Below, piece after piece: positions 45,133 through 52,625 of a stretch of DNA of 64,000 nt (position 1 is its first letter; each line of letters begins with the position of its first letter). The translations under genes and the position numbers were made by a program. The notes beneath the pieces were generated by a model that was not told the origin of the DNA, made no database searches, and saw only the letters and a program-made list of their open reading frames with translations. The DNA comes from an uncultured Actinomycetes bacterium (lineage in GTDB: Bacteria > Actinomycetota > Thermoleophilia > Gaiellales > JAICJC01), in assembly GCA_963809325.1 (NCBI GenBank), contig CAWEIZ010000002.1, forward strand, positions 452,793 to 516,792. The letters are read 5' to 3'.

Positions 45133-46685
45133 CCTCTGACCATCCGAACCACAAGTGGTGGACGCTCTTCGCCATGTGCTTCGCCCTCTTCATGATCATG
45201 CTCGACAACACGATCGTGAACGTGGCGCTGCCGTCGATCCAGCACTCGCTGAACCCGTCGCCGGAGAACCTCGAGTGGACGATCAACGCCTACGTCCTCG
45301 TGTTCGCGACGCTGATCCTGCTCGGCGGGAAGCTGGGCGACCGCTACGGCCGCAAGCGCATCTTCCTCCTGGGTCTTGCGATCTTCACGCTGGCCTCGGC
45401 CGGCTGCGCCCTGGCCCAGTCCGACACGCAGCTGATCGTCGCCCGGGCCATTCAGGGCGTCGGCGGTGCGTTCCTGAACCCGCTCTCGCTCTCGATCATC
45501 GTCGCCGCCTTCCCGCGCCGGCAGCTTCCCCAGGCCATCGGCATCTGGGCCGGCATCTCGGGCCTCGGCCTCGCCATCGGCCCGCTCCTGGGCGGGTTCC
45601 TGGTCGAGCACTTCTCGTGGTCGGCCGTCTTCTGGGTGAACGTGCCGGTGGGCATCGTCGCGGCCGCCGCGACGGTGTGGGCCGTGGTCGAGTCGCGCGA
45701 CACGACGACCCACAGCCTCGACATCGTCGGCACGGTGCTCATCACCGCCGGCCTCGGCGCCCTCACGTGGGGGCTCATCAAGACCGCCAGCCACGCCTGG
45801 CTGAGCCCGTACACGCTCGGCTTCCTCGGCGCGGCCGCCGTGCTAATCGCGCTGTTCGTGCTGTGGGAGAGCCGCCATTCCGACCCGATGGTGCCGCTCG
45901 AATTCTTCAGGTCACCCGCATTCACATCGTCGAGCATCATCGTCACGCTGATCGGCGTGGGGCTCTTCGGCGTCATCTACTTCCTGACGCTCTACTTCCA
46001 GAACGTCGAGGGCTACTCGCCGATCGAGGCGGGCGTGCGCACGCTGCCCACGACGATGATGATCCTGTTCGTCGCCCCGATCGCCGGCAAGCTGGGGCCG
46101 AGGATCGGGCCGCGAAAGCTCATGACGTTCGGCATGCTGACCGCGACCGTCGGCCTCGTCGGGCTCTCGTTCATCGACGTCGGCACGAGCTACAACGCGA
46201 TCTGGCCGTTCCAGATGCTGCTCGGCATCGGCCTCGCCTCGACGATGCCGGCGAGCGCCGCGACCGCCATGGGCGCGGTCGACCATGCCAAGGCCGGCGT
46301 GGCATCGGGCGTCATCAACGCGTCGCGCCAGGTGGGGGGCGCGCTCGGGATCGCGGTCCTGGGCGGCATCGGTGCGACGCTGGCCGCGAACGCCTGGTCG
46401 GACAAGATCGCCAACCTGCCGCCGGCGCGGCACGCGCTGGCCGAGCAGCTCACGCCGCTCGTCCAGGGCGGCCGCGGCAACGTGATCGAGCGGCTGACGG
46501 GAAGTCATCTCGCAGCCACTGAGGCGCTGGACTCGTTCATGAGCGGCGTCCACGCGGCGCTGCTCACGGCCGGCGCGCTCACGTTCCTGGCCGCGATCGT
46601 GGCACTCGTCGGCCTGCGCGGCGTCCACGTCAGCGAGCCGGCCGAGGGCCGCGACGCGGCCCCGGCGGCCATCGTCGAGGCCTGA
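45129..46685 (+). CDS. MFS transporter, DHA2 (EmrB/QacA, 14-TMS) type
   Basis: MLDNTIVNVALPSI, GKLGDRYGRKRIF and a 14-helix layout. ATG 45129 is in frame within track ORF 44634..46685. Confidence 0.9.
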   Translation: MTSDHPNHKWWTLFAMCFALFMIMLDNTIVNVALPSIQHSLNPSPENLEWTINAYVLVFATLILLGGKLGDRYGRKRIFLLGLAIFTLASAGCALAQSDTQLIVARAIQGVGGAFLNPLSLSIIVAAFPRRQLPQAIGIWAGISGLGLAIGPLLGGFLVEHFSWSAVFWVNVPVGIVAAAATVWAVVESRDTTTHSLDIVGTVLITAGLGALTWGLIKTASHAWLSPYTLGFLGAAAVLIALFVLWESRHSDPMVPLEFFRSPAFTSSSIIVTLIGVGLFGVIYFLTLYFQNVEGYSPIEAGVRTLPTTMMILFVAPIAGKLGPRIGPRKLMTFGMLTATVGLVGLSFIDVGTSYNAIWPFQMLLGIGLASTMPASAATAMGAVDHAKAGVASGVINASRQVGGALGIAVLGGIGATLAANAWSDKIANLPPARHALAEQLTPLVQGGRGNVIERLTGSHLAATEALDSFMSGVHAALLTAGALTFLAAIVALVGLRGVHVSEPAEGRDAAPAAIVEA

Positions 46686-46688
46686 GCT

Positions 46689-46716
46689 GAACCACCGGGG
46701 CCTGGCCCCTCGGGTC
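46689..46716. repeat. REP-like element, truncated copy E
   Basis: GAACCACCGGGGCCTGGCCCCTCGGGTC, the left arm only. It lies between the convergent stops at 46683-85 and 46717-19. Confidence 0.6.
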
Positions 46717-47538
46717 CTAGGACACCGACCAGCTGTCGCGGCTCAGGAAGAAGCTGTGCCCGGAGGTGCTCGAGCACTGAAGGCCCGACGAGTCCGAGAG
46801 GCACGTGATGCCGCCCCCGCCCCAGGTCGACCCGTAGTCGAGTGTCGGGGCCGAGTCGTCGTAGATCGTGTCGCTCGCGCAGTTCGGCCTGGCCTTGCCG
46901 TGTGAGGAGAGGACGGCGCCGCCCCAGTCGCCGGCGCAGCTCTTGGCCGGCGGCGGCTTGAGGCCGCTTCGGATGTCGCACCGCACCGTCGTGCCCTCGA
47001 GCTCGCACCCGATGTTCCCCGAGGGCATCTTGAAGCTCGCCGTCGTCAGGATCGGATAGCCGAGCGCCTTGCAGGCCACGAGCGTCTGATCGTCGAGCGG
47101 GAGGGACGTGCACCCGATGTCGGTCCCGACGTTGAAGATGTTCCACTGCGTCCCGTCCCACGACAGGAACACCTGGGCCGAGTCGTAGCAGTCGGCCACG
47201 CCCTCCTGGCAGACGGAGCGGTCCGGCACCGCGATCACGAACGCGTAGTCGTTCTGGCAGCGGATCACCTTGACCTTCACGATCGTGTACTTCTCGGCCG
47301 TCCCGTCCATCTTGGCCTTGAGCACCGGCAGCAGGTCGCTCGCGGCGCACGGGGCCGCCGAGCCCGTGCCGGTCGACGAGCCCACGGTGTCGGTCGCAGT
47401 CTTGGTGACGGTGCTGGTGACCGTGACGCCGCTCGAGCCCGAGCTGCCGCTTCCGCCGCACGCCGCCGTGGCCGCCAGGACGATGACCGCCGATACCAGA
47501 AGGCCGGCTGCCCGCCCGGCCGTGGATGAGGTCCGCAT
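46717..47538 (-). CDS. lipoprotein, unknown function (Cys-rich)
   Basis: Signal peptide with a lipobox-like LAATAAC, a Gly/Ser linker, then a Cys-rich body. ATG 47538 is in frame within track ORF 46717..48567. Confidence 0.65.
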   Translation of the reverse strand: MRTSSTAGRAAGLLVSAVIVLAATAACGGSGSSGSSGVTVTSTVTKTATDTVGSSTGTGSAAPCAASDLLPVLKAKMDGTAEKYTIVKVKVIRCQNDYAFVIAVPDRSVCQEGVADCYDSAQVFLSWDGTQWNIFNVGTDIGCTSLPLDDQTLVACKALGYPILTTASFKMPSGNIGCELEGTTVRCDIRSGLKPPPAKSCAGDWGGAVLSSHGKARPNCASDTIYDDSAPTLDYGSTWGGGGITCLSDSSGLQCSSTSGHSFFLSRDSWSVS

Positions 47539-47630
47539 CACTCGGGAGTATGGGCGATCCGGCGGCCGGACGCGTGTTCCGGGAGTCACCGGTGGCTCCC
47601 CGTCGGGAGCCACCGGCCTCGCCGGCGTGG

Positions 47631-47966
47631 CTACGCCAGCACCCGGTACCAGGTGAGCATCCCGGCGGTGATGTGGTCGTTCACGTGGCAGTGGAAGAGC
47701 CAGGTGCCGGAGTCGTCGGGCACCATGTCGGCGACGACCATCGTCGCCGGGAGCAGGCTGACGACGTCCATCCGCATGCCGTTCACGGTCACGGTGTTGC
47801 CGTGCCAGTGGGGCGTGTGCAGATCGACCTCGGTGCCCATGCTCATCACGTACCAGCGCACGTGCTCGCCCCGGTGCATCGTGATCATCGGCTGGTTCCC
47901 GAACACGTAGCCGTTGATCGAGTGCATCAGGTTCGACTCCTGGAACTCCTCGTCGTCGGGATCCGG
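47631..47966 (-). pseudogene. multicopper oxidase remnant (last cupredoxin domain only)
   Basis: It carries HTPHWHG and HCHVNDHITAGM copper motifs. Recognisable similarity (PDPDDEEFQESNLMHSINGY) continues upstream of the only ATG (47927) with no start codon and runs into the next gene. Confidence 0.6.
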
Positions 47967-48054
47967 GGCCGGCGGCTGCGCGAACCCACTCGGGGCCGCG
48001 CGCCGCCGCGGGCCAATAGCGGAGGGAAGACGAGCACACGACTACGATCGAACG

Positions 48055-48399
48055 ATGGCGGCGGCGCTCGACCACGTGCAGGTGATGATGCCGAACGGAG
48101 CCGAGGACGATGCCCGCGCCTTCTACGCCGGCCTCCTCGGCCTGACCGAGATCGAGAAGCCCGAGCCGATGCGCGCAAGCGGCGGCGTGTGGTTCGCCGA
48201 GGGGATCCACGTCTCGGGCGAGGAGGGCTTCTCGCCGCCTCGCCGGGCGCACCCGGCGCTGCGCGTCGAGGACCTGGACCGGCTGGCTGGGGTGCTCGCG
48301 GCTGCCGGCTGCACCGTCGAGTGGGACGAGCGCTGGCCCGCGGTGCGGCGGTTCTACACGCGCGATCCGTTCGGGAACCGGGTGGAGCTGCTGGCGTGA
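48055..48399 (+). CDS. VOC/glyoxalase family protein
   Basis: LDHVQVMMP...ARAFYAGLLGL...RDPFGNRVELL. ATG 48055 is in frame within track ORF 47914..48399. A GGGGCG/CGCCCC hairpin follows the stop. Confidence 0.8.
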   Translation: MAAALDHVQVMMPNGAEDDARAFYAGLLGLTEIEKPEPMRASGGVWFAEGIHVSGEEGFSPPRRAHPALRVEDLDRLAGVLAAAGCTVEWDERWPAVRRFYTRDPFGNRVELLA

Positions 48400-48677
48400 G
48401 AAGGGCGAAGGGGCGCGGGCGCGACGCCCCGTGCCGCGAGCGCAGCGGAGCCGTCGTCGGGTGGAATCCGGCCTCGATGTGCTCTGCATTGAGATCGAAG
48501 CAATCCTCAATGAGCGATCGCCAGTATCACACGCATGCAATATTTCGCATGCTTCCTCTTCGGACATCTGCCCGTCTCGGTGATGTACGGCCGGTTCCGT
48601 ACGGCGACCCGTGTCCAGTGCGCTCGCTGCGGCCGAACGCGTGGCCAGGACGTGCGGGGCAATGAGGTCTGGGACTG

Positions 48678-48972
48678 ATGCCGGTCAAGCCGCGCCTGGA
48701 CCGCGAGCCCTGGCGAGCCGTGTACGACGATCCCCGGTGGACGATGACGCTGCGCGAGGCGAGGATCCGCGACAGCGACCAGTGCCGTGCACTGCTCGAA
48801 GAACGGCGTTCGCTGCCCGGAGGTCTCCGGCCTCAAGGGCCACCACACGATCCCGTTGGGGGATCTGTGGGCTCGAGGCGAAGGGGCGCGCGCGTTTGAC
48901 TCGCGGATCGTGATCATGCTCTGCACGGCGCACCACCACCAGGCGGAAGCCGCGCTTCGGAGCGCGTCCTAG
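48678..48972 (+). pseudogene. small HNH endonuclease, one frameshift
   Basis: Frame 1 (MPVKPRLD...RIRDSDQCR) joins frame 2 (HCSKNGVRC...LKGHHTIPL...IVIMLCTAHHH), giving the HNH pattern C..C....HH...C..H. The shift is at a CC run near 48785-89. Confidence 0.65.
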
Positions 48973-48992
48973 CACGGGTCGGGACGAGGTAC

Positions 48993-49226
48993 ATGCCTCC
49001 TTCCCCGGACGCGCAGGACGTGGACGACGCCGGCGACGGCGCCGTGAGACCGCAGTCCTACGAGAGCATCACAACCATTCCCCGCTGGCGGATCGACAAG
49101 CTGCTCGACGCGGGGTTCACGCCGGAGCAAGTGCAGCGCGTCCTCGACGAGGAGCTTGACTGGCGGCTGGCGCTGACGCTGGTCGAGGGCGGCTGCTCCC
49201 ACGACACCGCGCTTCGGATCGCCTAG
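48993..49226 (+). CDS. small actinophage/plasmid-like protein (hypothetical)
   Basis: 77-aa ORF ending DWRLALTLVEGGCSHDTALRIA. From memory this tail is common in actinobacterial phage and plasmid small proteins. No firm family is assigned. Confidence 0.45.
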   Translation: MPPSPDAQDVDDAGDGAVRPQSYESITTIPRWRIDKLLDAGFTPEQVQRVLDEELDWRLALTLVEGGCSHDTALRIA

Positions 49227-49458
49227 AGCCGGGCCGGGGTGCTGGCCGCACCACGATCGTCGGGGCAATCGCCCTCCGGACGCCGGGCAGCCGTATGGCC
49301 GGGGCCGACCGTGCGATCGAGACTCCGCCAATGACCCCGTCGCCCGCATCGAGCCCGACCCGGCCGCACCCCACGTGGCGGCTGCCGACCCCGCCGCCTC
49401 AGCTGCGACTGCGCCCGGATCCTCCGTACGCGAACGCCGGCCGCTAGCAGCTCTCGCG

Positions 49459-49488
49459 TTGACATCGGCGCGAGCCGGGGCGTATCCT
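49459..49488 (+). promoter_or_regulatory. promoter upstream of HAF-repeat gene (duplicated at 50687)
   Basis: TTGACA (49459-64), an 18-nt spacer, then TATCCT (49483-88). The roughly 45-nt block CGCGTTGACATCG.CGCG.GC.GGGGCGTATCCTCG.TCCG is nearly identical at 50683-50724. Confidence 0.55.
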
Positions 49489-49534
49489 CGCTCCGTTCGA
49501 CAGGGCGGGCCGGGCGGATCGACGGAGGTGGAGC

Positions 49535-50650
49535 ATGCGCGCATCCGAGACGTTCAGGCGTGCGGGCGGTCGCCGGTGGGCATCGCTCGCGGTGGCGGTC
49601 GCCGTGACGCTCACCGTGGCGGCACCGGCCGGTGCGGCGACCTACCGGGTGGTCGACCTGGGGACGCTCGGAGGGGCGTCGAGCGCCGCAACCGACCTGA
49701 ACAACGCGGGCGCCGTGGTGGGCTGGTCGCGCACCGCCTCGGGCCATGTGCACGCGGTCGTGTGGCGAAACGGCCGAAAGACCGACATCGGGACGCTCGG
49801 CGGCCCGACCAGCATGGCCACCGGGATCAGCAACACGTTCGCCGTCGTCGGCACCGCGAGCGTCGCCGCCGGAGGGCCGCAGCACGGGTTCCTGTGGCGG
49901 GCCAACCAGGGCGCGATGCACAACATCGGGATCCCGCTTCCTGTGCGGATCGGCGACACCGGAGCGATCATCGGCAACGCCACCACCGCGGCCGGCGAGT
50001 CGGTCGCCGCCTACCGCAACCAGCACGGTTGGGTCCGGCTGCCGCTGCGCGGGTTCGACGGCAGCCACGGCGAGGACGTGAACGACGCCGGCACCGCCGT
50101 CGGAACGCTCTTCGACGATCCTCACGGCTCGGCGCCGTTCGTCTATGCGAACGGTGTGCTGACCATCCTGCCGTCCGTGCCGACCGCGGCCGAGACATCG
50201 GCCGACGCGATCAACGACGCCGGCCAGATCGCCGGTCAGACGTTCGATCCGCTCGGGATCGTGCTCTGGGACGGGATGAGCTGGCACCCGGTCCCGACAC
50301 CGGCGCTGGTCGAGCCCGAGATCCACGACATGAACGACTGCGGCCAGATCGTCGGCGCGCACCATCCCGAGGAGTTCTTCAAGCCGCACGCGTTCCTCAT
50401 CGCAAACGGGGTGGGCGTCGACCTGAACTCGCAGATCCCGGCCGGCTCCGGCTGGCGGCTCGGCACGGCCAGCGCGATCAACGACGCGGGCGAGATCGCC
50501 GGCGTCGGACGCCACAACGGCAAGCAGCACGCCTTCCTGCTGGTGCCGAGCGGGCCCCGGGGCGGGCTGTCCCTGAGGCCGCCGGGGCGTCAGGGCGACG
50601 CCCTTGGTCGCGATGGAAGGAACCTCGGTCGCCCGCCGTCTACTCACTGA
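49535..50650 (+). CDS. secreted HAF-repeat protein
   Basis: Signal peptide plus repeats (DLGTLGG..S.A..(L/I)N..G..VG, HAV/HGF/HAF). The 371-aa ORF is intact. Confidence 0.8.
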   Translation: MRASETFRRAGGRRWASLAVAVAVTLTVAAPAGAATYRVVDLGTLGGASSAATDLNNAGAVVGWSRTASGHVHAVVWRNGRKTDIGTLGGPTSMATGISNTFAVVGTASVAAGGPQHGFLWRANQGAMHNIGIPLPVRIGDTGAIIGNATTAAGESVAAYRNQHGWVRLPLRGFDGSHGEDVNDAGTAVGTLFDDPHGSAPFVYANGVLTILPSVPTAAETSADAINDAGQIAGQTFDPLGIVLWDGMSWHPVPTPALVEPEIHDMNDCGQIVGAHHPEEFFKPHAFLIANGVGVDLNSQIPAGSGWRLGTASAINDAGEIAGVGRHNGKQHAFLLVPSGPRGGLSLRPPGRQGDALGRDGRNLGRPPSTH

Positions 50651-50686
50651 TGCCCTGGTTCCCCCGTCAGGAGGCCGCCTCCCGCG

Positions 50687-50716
50687 TTGACATCGCCGCG
50701 CGCGGGGGCGTATCCT
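50687..50716 (+). promoter_or_regulatory. promoter upstream of Ser/Thr kinase gene (duplicate of 49459)
   Basis: TTGACA (50687-92), an 18-nt spacer, then TATCCT (50711-16). A leader of about 105 nt with a GAAGCGG/CCGCTTC hairpin follows. Confidence 0.55.
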
Positions 50717-50827
50717 CGTTCCGGTTTCGGCGTCGAGGCCCCTCCGAAGCGGTTCTCCGCTTCACGCCACCGGGAGCGCCGAACCCGAGTCATCCCCTGG
50801 GCTCGAGCGCGCCGGAAGGAGGTCGCG

Positions 50828-52613
50828 GTGGGTGATCATCGACGTGAGACGCCAGACCCGTCGGGGCAGGGCGCCGCCGCGAGCATCGGCCACATGCCGC
50901 GCGTCGGCTCGGATTTCGCGTCGTACCGGATCCAGGGCGTGCTCGGTCGCGGCGGGATGAGCGTGGTGTTCCGCGCCGACAACATGCGCCTGGGGAACGA
51001 GGTCGCCCTCAAGGTCCTGAGCGCGGAGCTCTCGGAGAACGACGCGTTCCGGGAGCGGTTCGTGCGCGAGTCACGGCTCGCAGCCTCGATCAACCACCCG
51101 AACATCATCCCGATCTACGACGCGGGCGAGGAGGACGGCCTCCTCTACATCGCCATGCGCTTCGTCGCGGGCGCCGACCTGAAGACGCTCATCCGCCAGG
51201 AGGGCCCGCTGTCGCTGCGGCGATCCGCCGAGCTGATTTCGCAGGTCGCGCGCGGCCTCAGCGTCGCGCACCAGCGCGGGCTCATCCACCGCGACATCAA
51301 GCCTGCGAACATCCTCACCGAGCGGGCCGGGGGCGACGGCGAGACCGTCGACCACGCCTACCTCGCCGACTTCGGCCTCATGAAGCACCAGGTGTCCCGG
51401 TCGGGGCTGACCGACACGGGCCAGTTCCTCGGCACGGTCGACTACGTGGCGCCTGAGCAGGTGGAGGGGCGCCAGACCGACCATCGCGCCGACGTCTACT
51501 CGCTGGGATGCGTGCTCTACGAGTGCCTCACGGGCTCCGTGCCGTACCCGCGCGACAGCGACGTCGCGGTGCTCTTCGCGCACGTTCAGGACACGGTCCC
51601 GCGGATCACCGACCTGCGGCCCGATCTGACGCCGGCGATCGACGAGATCTGCGCCCGGGCGATGGCGAAGCGCCCCGAGCACCGCTACGCCACGGCGGGC
51701 GACCTCTCCCGCGACCTGTCGGAGCTCGCCGGTGCCTTCCGCTACTCGAGCGAGCGGCCGTCGCGTGTGACGACCGAGCCGACCATTCCGCCCACTCCAG
51801 CAACCGGCTACGGCGAGTCGCCCGACGTCGTCCGGGCTCGCGAGCCCGTCGCCCAGGAGCCGCCTTCCGGGCCGCCCGGCGATTCCGGGCGCGGCGGTGG
51901 GGTGCCTCCGAGGGCCCCTCGCGGCCGTCCGTCGACGGTCGTGATCGCGCTCGTCGTGGCCCTTGTGGCCGCGCTCGGCGTGATCGCGTTCCAGCTCACG
52001 AGCGGCAGCGACTCGGCGTCGAGCTCGGGCGGCCCGGGGACGACGGCGTCGCCGAGCGGGACGACCGGCGCCGCCGACCGGCGGCACCGGCACGACCGCG
52101 CCCACCGGCGGCCCGGTGGTGGCCGGCGATCTGCGACTGGCCATGCCGAAGAATCTGCTCGCCGACTGCACGAACGTCCCGCCGGTCGGCGCTGCGCTCG
52201 CGTCGCTCAGCTGCTCGGTGCCCTCGAACTCCGCGATCACGTACGACGTCTCGATGTACCCGGACACCGCCGCGGTGCAGGCTGTCTTCAAGACCCTGCT
52301 CGCGTCACAGGGGATCCAGACCAACACGAACGGCTGCACCAAGCGCAACTGGAACGGCGAGCGGCCCTGGTTCCATCCGACGGGCTCGCTCGGCGGGCAC
52401 GTCGCGTGCTATCTCGACGCGAACGACGACTCCGTGATCATGTGGACGCACATGAGCAAGAACGAGAAGGGCGCGCCGCCGCAGACCGACCACCGCGACA
52501 TCGTCGGGATCGCAAAGCAGCACACGCAGCTTCCGGGTGAGCTGCTCGCGTTCTGGAAGTTCTGGAGCGGTGCGAGCGGCACCGACAGCATCATCGGCAA
52601 GTTCTCGAGCTAG
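50828..52613 (+). pseudogene. transmembrane Ser/Thr protein kinase with novel Cys-containing ectodomain, one frameshift (or assembly indel)
   Basis: GTG 50828 follows GGAAGGAGG. The Hanks kinase motifs are GRGGMSVVF, VALKVL, HRDIKPANIL, DFG and APE, followed by a TM helix. After the linker the frame moves to ORF 52116..52613 (PAPPTGGTGTTAPTGGPVVAGDLRLAMPKNLLADC...). The shift lies within 52050-52090. Confidence 0.75.
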
Positions 52614-52625
52614 ATGCCGAGTCCG

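Noticed and set aside
47927-47943. tRNA-like T-arm, TCAGG-TTCGACT-CCTGG.
   Set aside because: No matching acceptor, D or anticodon arms can be drawn upstream. The segment encodes the conserved QESNL stretch of the oxidase remnant on the other strand.
49331-49447. 38-codon Pro-rich ORF (MTPSPASSPTRPHPTWRLPTPPPQLRLRPDPPYANAGR) in the long intergenic region.
   Set aside because: It has no RBS, its low-complexity composition is typical of random GC-rich frames, and nothing supports it.
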